A stretch of DNA of 60,000 nucleotides from Lytechinus pictus (lineage: Eukaryota), in the NCBI RefSeq assembly GCF_037042905.1, contig NC_087251.1:20772001-20832000 (forward strand), read 5' to 3'. The position numbers and the translations under genes were made by a program. The notes beneath the pieces were generated by a model. It was not told the DNA's origin and did no database searches. It saw only the letters and a list, made by a program, of their open reading frames with translations. This document shows positions 13,730 to 25,000 of the stretch, in pieces (position 1 is the first letter of the stretch; each line of letters opens with the position of its first letter).

Positions 13730-13940
13730 TGCTCATTCGTATCATGACGTTCATCAAGTTATATCGATGCGCTGTCGATCGTCGATGGCTCTTATCGCGG
13801 TAAACCTCACGGAGTCACGCACAGGTACCTTAAGTCAGAACTAGCCGTCGACGATCACCCACAATACACCACACCTCAACATTCGATCGAAAGAGAGGAC
13901 GAAATAAAAAATTGGCAAATCAGGACCATGTTTCCGTCAG
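13730..13940 (-). promoter_or_regulatory. Probable GOLGA5 promoter / non-coding first exon
   Basis: CpG-rich patch (tatcgatgcgc, ttatcgcgg, tgacgt, cggaaa) in AT-rich DNA, upstream of the acceptor at 12076-12077 that needs a 5' exon; candidate donor aag/gtacct near 13828. Confidence 0.4.
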
Positions 13941-14029
13941 AAAATATATCAATTGTTAATGCAAAACTATGTTATATGACATTTTAAGCATTTTCTGTCA
14001 TTTTAGACTATGTCTATGGTCTATATATA

Positions 14030-14407
14030 TGATGGTGGGCCCCAAGTCTGCGCACCTAACAATTTGAGTTAAGATTTAACATGAATTTCTTCTTATTTCA
14101 CAAAATCTTTTGGTTAATAGTGTTCCTTATATTATGAAGAGTAAGTGTACCAAATTTCTAAATAAAAAATGAAAGAAAATATAAGATTTTCTTGAAAAAA
14201 CCTTTGGGCAGTCATTTTCAGATTGAAAAAAAATGGTACCCCATGTCTGCGCACTCATTCACTTTGCACACGATTCAGGGATTTTGATGACAAAGGCTGC
14301 ATTTTGAGGCCGTCACATGAAATGCCCTGAATTCATTATTTTTCCACCATTTTGAGTCGGATTTTTTTATGAATACCTGTCTATGTATTGCATGTGTAAA
14401 GTTCGTG
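14030..14407. mobile_element. Truncated copy of the TA-flanked MITE at 22712-23185
   Basis: Near-identical to ~22712-23095 (tgatggtgggccccaagtctgcgcacctaac...); an older relative lies at ~12790-12990. Confidence 0.8.
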
Positions 14408-15284
14408 CTGTTAGTGTTACCAATCTATTAGAGATTGGTAACACTAACAGTTGACTTTTTTTTGCCTTGTTTTTGCGATCTTTTTCTTTACATTGCTCTG
14501 TGAAATTGATCTGCGAAAGTCTTACGGTACGAAATCGTTTTCGTACGCAGTAATATGCGCGTCCGGAATAATGACAGTGTCCGGTAATACAAAAGTATTT
14601 TACATCTTAACACCACAGACTTATGCCTGGACACGATTCATTGATTGATGGAGACAGGATGCAAATTTGAAATTGCAAGAGAGATCATCTGAAAGAGAAT
14701 ATATAACAGGCCCTAACAAGTTACTTATGCTAACTTGTCACATAATGATAACATTCTAACAGTTAAGCCTGTATGTGATTTTTATCTTCCCCTCAAGGTT
14801 TAATTTAATCCACACGAAAACTGTCACGACAAAAAAAACCCATCTCAGTGGCATCACACTACCACAGCTCAGTCCCACCCGTTTGCAAATGTGTCGTTAT
14901 GTTTCAACACCAAAACAAAACAACTCTCAACACTCCCGACAGTTCGACGTCTCTCTCGCTGGTAAATTCACATACCTTGTTGCCCTGTCCTACTTATTTC
15001 TTTAAAAAAATAACTACAATATTTCTTTATCTACCTCGCTCATAAAAATCGGTGACGGTGGCCTCCAAGAATGTTCTTGCACAGTTATTTACACTCCGTC
15101 TTACAAGTTGCACTGTCGTGTTCAAAATAATGACGTGATGATTTGTATACGTCACCATCGACTTGCGATAGTATAGTATGCGATCGATGAGTATCCCGAG
15201 AATCCCGCCCCCCCCCCTCCCCGAAAATAGAGGAATTGGGAATGGAATGGAGTGGAGCTTATGACTTGTATTGTCGATATAGCC

Positions 15285-15529
15285 CATCCATCTATCTATC
15301 TATCTATCCATCCATCCATCTAATCTATCTATCAGTCTATCTATATAATAGGCCTATATATCTATCTATCTCTGTCTATGGGCCTGCACTTTTTTTCTTT
15401 CTTTCTTTCATTATTTCCTTCCTTCCTATATATATAGCTTCCTTTCTTCTTTCTTTCTTTCCTTCCTTCCTTCCTTCCTTCCTTCCTTCCTTTCTTCCTT
15501 CCTTCCTTCCTTCCTTCCTTCCTTCCTTC

Positions 15530-15563
<34 letters not shown>

Positions 15564-15625
15564 CTCTCTATCTCTCACCACTTTTCTCTTAATTCTTTCT
15601 TTCTTTCTTTCCTTCTTTCTTTTTA
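15285..15625. repeat. Compound microsatellite (ATCT)n-(CCTT)n-(CTTT)n
   Basis: Directly visible. Confidence 0.9.
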
Positions 15626-16089
15626 TTTAGTTATATTCATTTTATTTTTCTATTGTGTACTATTATAATCTATCTACTGTCCCCCGTCTGTTTTTATCCC
15701 CAGTTTTTATCATCGACTCATAGGGTTTGCAGATAACATCAAACTTAAAAAAAGGGGAAAATAGGAGAACACGTTTACATAATTCAAACGTCGGAGGCAT
15801 TCATTCTGTATTAATGGAAGGATCCGCAAAGCACTTGACCGCTCAATAATCCAGCTCGTTTGCCATATAGGTCCTGTATTATGATAGTAATTAAAAAATA
15901 TCGTCATCTTTCACATGAAAAGGGAGAAAGTTGTGTCATCGTAAATGTCGTCTATTGCAAAATATAAATATTATAAACTCATGAAAATAGACAAAAAAAT
16001 CTTACAGAATTGAAGGACATGCAGCTATGATACAATCGTATGTCGACATCGATTGTAATCAATAAAAAGTACACTTGGAAGAAAAGTGA

Positions 16090-16176
16090 GAGAAGAAGAA
16101 GAAGATCGAGGGAGAAGAAGAAGAAGATGATGATGAAGAAGAAGAAGAAGGAAGAGGAAGAAGAGAAGGAGAAGAA
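16090..16176. repeat. (GAA)n tract, possibly the tail of the split tRNA-derived element
   Basis: Directly visible. Confidence 0.8.
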
Positions 16177-16252
16177 TTAAAAATTCCTCGGTCAAGTGCC
16201 GTGCAGGGAATTGAATCGAATCCCAGACTTTCATGGTGTAGTCGGGCACCTA

Positions 16253-17102
16253 CAACCGCGTAGCCAGGATTTAATTTTGGAGGGGGCGGTAAGTGCACGC
16301 AAAGCGTGCCAACACCATGAAGTTAAAGGAGAATGAAACTCTTGGAGCAAGTTAGCTTTTGTGAAAGCAGAAAAATCAAAGAATAAGATCAACAAAACTT
16401 TGAGTAAAATATGACTAGCAATAAAAGAGTTATGAGCATTTGAATGTCGAGATAACTAATGCTATGGAGATCCTCCCATTGACAATGCGACCAAGATCTG
16501 TGATGTCACACACGTACAACTCTCCCATTTGGACACTGAAAATATACCCCAAAACATCTCTTTTTGCTCATTCTAATCATATGACAAACGATTCATCAAT
16601 GATATAATGTTGTGAAACCTCTGTACTTGTCATCTCATAAAGAGAACACCTCACCTTGTGATAGACTCTATAAAAGTGAGAATATAAGTGAAATAAGTAC
16701 TAAAGTAATGAGGGAGTTGTACGTGTGTGATATCACAGATCTTGGTCGCATTGCCGTGGGAGGATCTACATGGCACTAGTGATCTCAATATTCGAATGCT
16801 CATAACTTTCTTATTATTCATTCAATCTTCCTCAAACTCTCAACAATATGTTTCTTTGATTTTTCTCTTTGATATGGATTCAGCTGGTTTCAAGGGTTTC
16901 ATTCTCCTTTAAATACGTTTATATAACTCTATGGCCAGCACACTTACAGAGCGCGCAAAGTGCGCTCCTTTTAGGGGGGAGGGGGAAAGCCAATAAAGTT
17001 ATGCCCTTCTTCCCTTTTCTCCCTTCGCTTTTTCTCCCTTTTCCCCTTCTTTTTTTTTTCTTTTTGGGGGGCGACCGCCCCCCCCCCCCGGCTACGCGCC
17101 TG
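16253..17102. mobile_element. hAT-type MITE with 8-bp TSD GGCACCTA
   Basis: TSD at 16245-16252 and 17103-17110; TIRs caaccgcgtagcc / ggctacgcgcctg. Confidence 0.8.
16327..16908. mobile_element. Young Kolobok/T2-type MITE nested in the hAT MITE
   Basis: TTAA TSD, AGGAGAATGAAAC...GTTTCATTCTCCT termini, near-identical to 57690-58272. Confidence 0.9.
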
Positions 17103-17183
17103 GGCACCTATTGGCCTATATACCACTCGGCCACGGCACCTCACCACCTGCACTATCAAAATAAAACCATTGTCGCCCTCTAT

Positions 17184-17208
17184 GTTCGTCAACATCAACG
17201 AACCTTCT
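17184..17208 (+). promoter_or_regulatory. Degenerate heat-shock element upstream of the sHSP
   Basis: TTC-gt-CAA-ca-TCA-ac-GAA-cc-TTC in 5-bp register about 200 bp before the ATG; TATA-like catatatat near 17277-17285. Confidence 0.35.
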
Positions 17209-17405
17209 CGTCGAATAGCGAGTTCAATATGACACATCGTCAGAAAAACTTAGCATTACATCATATATCTCTCAAACATATATATTCAGAAACATAACAA
17301 GAAAACGTTTCAGTTAACTGACGAAGTCAAACACGCAACTCAGAGACATTATACGAGATAAGTCGATCTATACATCTCAAAACAATATCATAATTTGCTG
17401 AGAAG

Positions 17406-18020
17406 ATGTCGCACATTCGCTTCTTCCCAACATTTCGTCTTTCTCGAAGGATCTGTCAGGATATTCATCGTCCTGCCATGTTTGGGAAACATTGGAAAAG
17501 AATGATGGATCACCACCTCGGTATGATGGAAAAGTTGTACGACAGTAGCGATGAGCTCCAGTCAAAGTCAGGATCGCATCGTTTATGGAGCAAGGACGCT
17601 AACAAGCCGTTCTGGTGGAATCGATATGAGGACAGCCAATAAAGTCTCACACAGCAATCATCCCGTTCATTTGGAAAGATTTCTTTGGGGGAAGATGTCA
17701 GTAATTTCGAAATGGTGGTCGATCTCGGAGAGAAGTTCAAGTCCGACGAGGTCGATGTCAGTATCAAGCTGGTTAATGACAGAGAGCTTCATGTCGGTGC
17801 TGCGATGGAGAAGGGGTCCACCGATGGCGGCAACTATCAAAAGCAAAATTTCTCGAATGTCGTCTTGCTACCGCAGGAAACCGATGTCGATAAGTTAAAG
17901 GCAACATTGAGTGAAGATGGCCTTTTGAAAGTAGAGGCGCCGATGATGAGGTCAGCTAAGTCCGATGACATCCGCGCCAGAGAGATTGAAATTGAGAGTA
18001 CTATCAAATCGGATCCGTAA
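17406..18020 (+). pseudogene. Intronless small heat-shock protein (HSP20/alpha-crystallin family) with a premature in-frame TAA at 17640-17642 (pseudogene, null allele or sequence error)
   Basis: ORFs 17406..17642 and 17685..18020 are in the same frame with no further stop between them. The C-terminal part has alpha-crystallin motifs FEMVVDLGEKFKSDEVDVSI, FSNVVLLPQETDVDKLKATLSEDGLLKVEAP and a terminal IEI (IXI) motif. Confidence 0.8.
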
Positions 18021-18739
18021 ATAATTTTTTTAGAAAAGCAGGTTCAGATCGATTGAAGTTTATTATAATTATGTTATCTAACCTGTTTGGAAAGAGACCT
18101 GCACATTAATTTGTAAATAACATTGTGTTGATCATGACTTTATTCATATTTCTGACTGGTTCAAAATATTTAACATTGATTTTCATCATTTACAATTTGT
18201 TTCAAGTCTGTTCGCGTTCGAACGTTTATATTTTTAAAATCAATATTATTCTTATTCCAAACACCAAATTAAGATAATACTATAATGCCTATTGGCATTT
18301 TGTTTTTCAGTGTGCGATAAAGGAGCATATCCATGGCACCACCTCCTCTGTTTACTTTTCAACGATATTATGCTATTAAAATTTATATTACAGGTACATC
18401 TCAAAATCTAATATTGGACGAAGAGAGACAAAATTCACACCATGTTTCACTCATTGTAACCTTTAATTGCATTGTACGTGGGTATTATTATGTTCACAAT
18501 TTATTGTACGATGTACTCTCTAAATTCATCATAGTGAAACGAGAGAACAATTCAAATTGGTTTCCAAATCATAAATTCCTTCTCAATTTTATTTGGATTG
18601 ATCAACTATTGCTTTAAAGTGTATTATTATCTGGATGAATTAAAAAGTATCTTTGATGTTATGTGAAAAGATAATATAATCAAAGAGTGAACCATTTGTC
18701 AAAATGTTTTTTGCATGTTCATAATTGTATACGATACAA

Positions 18740-19457
18740 CAGGGGCGGCGATCCTGGGGGGCACAGTGCCCACCACTTTTTGAAGCAATGAAAAAGTGCC
18801 TTTTACGCAAGAAAAATGCCCCCTCAAGAACTTGTACTGTGCCCCTTTCACTTGAGGAGGACCCGTTTTAGTTGTTACCAAATGCCCTTTCTCGTATAAG
18901 TGCCCATTTTTTAAAAGCAAAAAATGCGCCCTCACCGACGAACGGGATCTGTGCCCCTTTCACCTGAGAAGGACCCGATTTATGTGTCAGAAAATGCAAT
19001 TTATCGAATCTTTGTCAATTTCTACCGAGAAATGCCCCCTCATGAACGTGTTCTGTGCCCCTTTCACCTGAGAATTACCCGTTTTTTAAGTGAACAGGTA
19101 CCCCCTTGCATTGTAAGTGCCCTATCTCGTATCATTCCCCCCCCCCCTTTTACGGCCAAGAAAAGTGCCCCACACGAACGTGTTCTGTGTCCCTTTCACC
19201 TGAGAAGGACCCAATTTACGTGTAAAGGGGTGCCCCTTTGAAACAAAATAGGATTTTGATTCTAAATATATCAAAATGTTTGCGCGCTCGCAGCTTCCTA
19301 TAAATTTACGTGATACGACATATATAGCCCCCTCAAAATAATTGCTAAGTCATTTTTTTCTTTGTTTTAAGATGGTGCCATTTTCAAAAGAAAGTGTGTC
19401 CTTTTTTCCCTGTGCCCCCCCCCCCCCCCCACTTTCAACTTCGCTCCGCCTCCCCTG
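18740..19457. mobile_element. hAT-like MITE with internal tandem repeats
   Basis: caggggcggcg / cgcctcccctg termini; repeated gtgcccctttcacctgagaaggaccc; no TSD recognisable. Confidence 0.6.
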
Positions 19458-21589
19458 ATCTGTGAATGAACATTTTTTTCACAGTAAAAATTAGCACTTT
19501 TTATTGCTGTTGATGGATTCTAGTCATCTTCGAGCTGAAAGTAATAATTGACACGAACTATTTTTGTGTGTGTACTATGCTGTATATTAAAAAGATAATA
19601 TTTGTTGCTTTCAATCGCATGGTTTACTTAATGGGGAATTATGATTCAGAGAGTTATTAGAAAGATTATATCATGAGGTTCAAATTATGTAAAATTATTT
19701 TAACATGTTCTTGAAAGAATAAAATTATTTGTCCTCTACAACAAATTGTGGAGAGAATCGCACACATTAGTTAGTTCAAGATAATGAGGGAATTAAGAGA
19801 GAGGGGGAGAGGGAAAGAGAGAGAGAGGGGGGGAGGGAAAGAGAGCCGAGAGAAGGGGAGATCGATGGCCAGGATTGAGAGGGGGAGAGAGGAAGGAGAA
19901 GGAAGAAAATGATATTCTCCTTCTGCTAAAGAAGGAGATAACAAGAGGCCTTTTATTGAGTGCTCGTGGGTGGGGGTGTACTTCAAATTAACCATCGAGA
20001 CCGTAAAATGTTACTGACTTCGCTGTTCTGAAGGGTAGGCGCGAAGCGCGAGTGAAAATTTTTATAGAGATTTCAAAGATTTATCTAATTTCCAATTCGG
20101 ATTCAGAAGGTCCGATGTGATAGAGATAGGGATAGATCTGATCTAGAAATTGTTCAATTCAATTTATATCTCCATCATTTTTTTGTTTTGTTTTGTTTTC
20201 ATGACACCGATCAATGGAATGTGGCTCCAATTAAGCTCTAAGGGACTGATTTCTGGGTCAAATTATCTTACCATGCATGGATATTTGAATGTGAGTCGTA
20301 TATAGGCCTCCGATCTCGGCCAACCATGATGTCCAACTGAGGAAAAGAATGACGTCATTCTGACCTCACGACCGTCTTGCATGTCCCCTATCAAAATACA
20401 AACGATGCAATGGCGCCTCCCTCGATTCAGAAACCTAGAATATTTTGAAGATCTGAATCCAAGGGCTCGGTAATAGGTCCATGGTTGCAGACAGGGTTGC
20501 AATCAAACGCGAATCGATACTTAACCAATCAGGATCCCGCTTCTGGGACTTGCATCTGATATTTGTTGATTTTTTAAAAATCATTATTCTTCAATTCAAT
20601 TTCTTTATTGTCATAATCTCAATAAAAACATCAAATTCAATCGAAATTTTGCAAAAAATCAAATACAATTGAAATTCACATGACAAATAAATTACACGAT
20701 AGAATAAACATAGCAGAGGCCGAGGACATATATCACAGCCCCTTTTCCTTTGATATATACCTTTTCTGCAATGTACGGCCCCTGCTCTTTTTAGTGATGA
20801 AATTTAATTTGTTTTAATTTGTATAGTATGCCCCTCGTATTATTGTGCATGCATGTATGGCGTGTGTCCATTAAATTATGTAGGAAATATATAAATCCTA
20901 ACTGCTGAACAAATTAGACGGAAAGGGTATATCATTTTTCTTAAATACATGGGGGTCCCATGAACTTCTTTTCATTCTCGATCTAATGAAAACATACTGG
21001 AGGTAGGCCTATTTACACCACCATGGCTCTCTCTTATATCATATCGAGTCCCGTTTCCCACTTTTAGGCCTTTTTTTCTTTGTTCCACTTCTTGGCATGA
21101 CAGGGGTGTCGCTCTTCCGCTTTTGGTGCTGCCTCTGGTTCATGCAGGGACGTTCATGAAAAATTGACAAAAATCTTATAAACAAATATTTCAGTTGGCC
21201 GTTCATTGCTCACTTTTTTCGTTTTTATTTAATTGAAAACAATAAAACACATTAACACTAACAAAAACTAATAGAGGGGAGGCCCAGAATTAAATAATTG
21301 ATAGGGAACAGAAAATGGTATAGGCCAAAGCCCTAAATAAGATTTTTTTAAATAATGACAAACATAGACACTCAATTCACGGGGCGTATCAAAGAGGGAC
21401 TAGTCAAAAGAGGGAGAACCCTATATACCTGGGGGATAATACCGGTACTTTAATTTGTGTACAATTTTCTATAACATTTTGTGCCAAGTGCCCCCCCCCC
21501 CCCCCCCCACCTTCCCCTCAAATACGCTTCTGCAGTCCTATCCTGACAAAAAGTACAGTAATTCCCAAAGGCAAAAGGATCAGAGCATC

Positions 21590-21790
21590 GGATCACATGA
21601 CAATGCGGAAGTTGGATATTGTTGTAAACAAAATGTCACGTGCCAGGAAGTGATTGCCCAATCAAAACCAAAACCAAGAATCGGTCCGGTACCCATGCTC
21701 TGGATTGGTCCATGGCCTGACACGGCCCGCGCCGCGCCTTCCGCACACTCGACTCCTCGATCTCTCCGACCCGTTCTCTGTGAGCTGTGA
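21590..21790 (+). promoter_or_regulatory. ACP7 proximal promoter
   Basis: GC/CpG-rich; E-boxes TCACATGAC (21593) and GTCACGTG (21635), ETS sites CGGAAGT (21606) and CAGGAAGTG (21644), FOX-like GTAAACA (21624), CCAAT (21658) and ATTGG (21704). Confidence 0.6.
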
Positions 21791-21917
21791 AGGTTGCACA
21801 CCAGCTCAATCAAAAGCTTGACAGACTTTCGTCCTACGTCACCAAGACACCAGCTTTAAAGTGATGTGATCTTCCTCAATCTTTTTTTAAGTTTTGTTCT
21901 TTTCATCATAAGAAGTG

Positions 21918-22086
21918 ATGCTGCGAATTTTGTTTTTCACCTCGCTCTGTGGTCTTTGTCAGGCTCTTCCACATTTAAAAGAGAATGGAGAGGGACATCG
22001 GAAAGCTGATGATATGTTGCTGTCACTTGCAGCGGACGATCCCGTTTTCAAAACACAGCCAGAGCAGATTCACATTTCTGCTACAG
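21918..22086 (+). CDS. ACP7: ACP7 exon 1
   Basis: Signal peptide [16 protein letters not shown], then [11 protein letters not shown]; donor gtcagt. Confidence 0.9.
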
Positions 22087-25000
22087 GTCAGTTGGTTTAG
22101 AGTAAGATACACTGTAGTACTTACATTACAGAGATAGCTGGGCTTAGTGTTAGACCATGCAGAGTAAAATTAAATAAGCATAATAATGCTGAAATTTCAA
22201 TCTTGTACAAAGAGACACATGGATTTGTACCCTCCAACATAAAATTATGAGCCCACCTTAATCTCAAAACCCAACCAGTTGTAGATATCGAACCAGACAA
22301 AAGGGAACTCTCAAATACAACGTTAATATAAGATCAAATAAAGACTGCTACCGACACTCCCTGTATCCCAAAACCATCCCAGAATGGAACCTTCCTTGGT
22401 GAGGATGTCAAAAATTCTAAAGACATGGGAGTATTCAAACTCAAACTTGAAAGTTTGGACATAAACACCCTTGTCTCAAAAGCACACTACCAAAATTAAC
22501 TGTTTAGCGCTTGACCCCTAAACCCAAACGTAAGCGACAACCAGATGCTGGTGATTGTACATCAATGGACAGATACAGATGTCGTCGAAAGTAGATCTGT
22601 ATTAAAAAATTTAGAATAAAGTTTAATTTCAATTCATTTTTATTTTACCGTACATCCTGGCCATTTTAAGAAAACGTCACTTCCATTATATTGCTATTTT
22701 TGTATATTATATGATGGTGGGCCCCAAGTCTGCGCACCTAACAATTTGAGTTACGATTTAACATGAATTTCTTCTTATTTCACAAAATCTTTCAGTTAAT
22801 AATGTTCCTTATACTATTAAGAGTAAGTGTACCAAATATCTCATTAAAAAATGAAAGAAAATATATAGGATTTTCTTGAAAAAAACCTCGGGCAGTCATT
22901 TTCAGATTGAAAAAAAAATGGTACCCCATGTCTGCTCACTCATTCACATTGCACACGATTCAGGGATTTTGATGAGAAAGGCTGCATTTTGAGGCCGTCA
23001 CATGAAATGCCCTAAATTAATTATTTTTCGACCATTTTGAGTCAGATTTTTTTATGAATACCTGTCTATGTATTACATGTGTAAAGTTCATGCTCGTTGC
23101 GTATCTTCTTTTACTAGAATCACGCAGCTACATGTACGCGTGTGCGCAGACAAGGGGGACTGCGCAGACTTGGGGGAACTTGCCATAAAATGACATTATG
23201 AGACATCTTCATTTGGTTCGTCATCACTATGTGAAACAAAGTTTAATTCCTTCCTGAAAATGTAGAATAGGCCTACGTACGCTCCACATTGTTGTAACCT
23301 ATTGCCATTCAACTTGTTTAATGAATTACATGTAAGAGCTTTCTTGCAAAATTTGCAAAAATATTGTATAATTCATAAAATTATAATACAAAAGATAATA
23401 AGTAAGTGACATACACTCTCCATTTGCATGTGTTGTGCATTTGTGAAAAATAACTTGAAAATGCAATAAGCAAATTTATCTTATTTTGATTTTCATTAAA
23501 TTTGCAGCATTATGTTTGTCAGATTTTTCTAAATATGTATTCAAATCCAGTTTTTGTTGGGGGAGGACTGGCCCTTTCATATTTCATCATCAATTTTTTT
23601 TTTTTTTTTGGAATTCACCTTTCTGGTCTAATTTCTACTGAATAAATGCTATTTTTGTCAATAACTGAAAAATTCTTACTATTTAATCATTAGCCATCAA
23701 CAGCAGATTTCTAATCCATGCTATTGTGTTGGTGCAGTCTAGCTTCGACCTGTCACTTTGGGTTATATAAAGTGTAGGCATATCTCTTTGAAAATCATCA
23801 TACTTGTTTTATGCCAAATAAGACAATTTCTGCATACAAAGTTTGTTGGAGACTGGCTGATTATGCTATGCTACTCATCTTCCATAGCCTAGTGACTAGT
23901 CTCTCAACTTTTCATTTTCTTCTTTTAGGTGATGTAACTGAAATGACTGTAACCTGGAGCACTTTCAACCAAACCAAACAGTCAGTAGTTCTCTTTGGTC
24001 TGTCGTTGGGCAATTTAAGTTCTGTTGCCAAGGGATCTTCTACTAAGTTTGTTGATGAAGGACCTGAGAGGCATACCCAATACATCCATAGAGTCAAACT
24101 AACAGGTTTGAAGCCAGGAACGCTCTACAGTAAGTATTAATTGTATCAGAGATGTGCATGGAGGCTCTGAGTACAGCCGATTTCTCGATTTGACTTTGTC
24201 TTATTTGAAGTGGAACAGCTGCCAATTTTACAGCAACACTTGATTTCAGTATGATACAGGCATGAATGTGGTACATGTAGTCAATAGCTCTGAAAATAAT
24301 TCACCTAGGAATTTTAAATGATTGCGTGACCTCTTAAATACAGCAATTCAAATTGTATTGTAAGTTTTTGTTTGTTCCTCAAAAGTACATCTCACCATTC
24401 TCATGATCATATGAATGTCTATCTATAATGCCCTAAAACATGTATGATTTTGGGTTGGCCTACATAAAAATGTGTTTTACTGGATAACTTTCAGTTTTAC
24501 ACATTAGATTGTAAGCAGATTTTGTGTTTTAATTGGGCACAATATTTTTTTCTTAGATGTTGTTCTTTAAGCATGAATTTAGTTTTTATAACTCATTTCA
24601 TAGATCATATAAGTAATATTAAGAAAGTAAATCCCACCATGATTTAGCACACCTTTACAGATTACTTTTATATCCTACATTGTATTACTAAATCTGCAAG
24701 ATAAGTGCTTAGAGGGCCCATTTTTAAAGAAAAATATGAACATCATCGAAAGAGTGGGCACATTATATTTAAATTTTCAAAGTTATTTTCACAAAGAATC
24801 ATTTGCTGAAAAAAGATCCCACAGATATTACACTTTTGTAAGATTGGAATGTTACTTAAAGGTCAAGTCCAACCCAGGAAAATGTTGATTTGAATAAATA
24901 GAGAAAAATCAAACCAGCATATTGCTGAAAATTTCATCAAAATCGGATGTAAAATAAGAAAGTTATGACATTTTAAAGTTTCGCTTAGTTTTCACAAAAC

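Larger units (their letters stand above)
16196..17140 (-). pseudogene. tRNA-derived sequence (tRNA pseudogene or SINE head) split by insertions; halves at 17103-17140 and 16196-16252
   Basis: Removing 16253-17110 gives ggtgccgTGGCCGAGTGGtatataggccaataggtgcccgactacaccatgaaagtctggGATTCGATTCaattccctgcacggcac: A box, B-box-like motif and an 8-bp GTGCCGTG/CACGGCAC stem. Confidence 0.65.

Noticed and set aside
15236..15592. 118-aa hydrophobic ORF, and similar ORFs at 16025-16298, 42323-42704 and 43329-43549
   Set aside because: Translations of microsatellites.
17116..17124. TATA box for the sHSP
   Set aside because: It lies inside the tRNA-derived fragment and upstream of the putative heat-shock element.
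17640..17642. Selenocysteine or pyrrolysine recoding
   Set aside because: The stop is TAA, not TGA or TAG.
17551..17898. Overlapping 115-aa ORF in another frame of the sHSP
   Set aside because: No recognisable domain; the sHSP halves are in frame with each other, so no frameshift product is needed.
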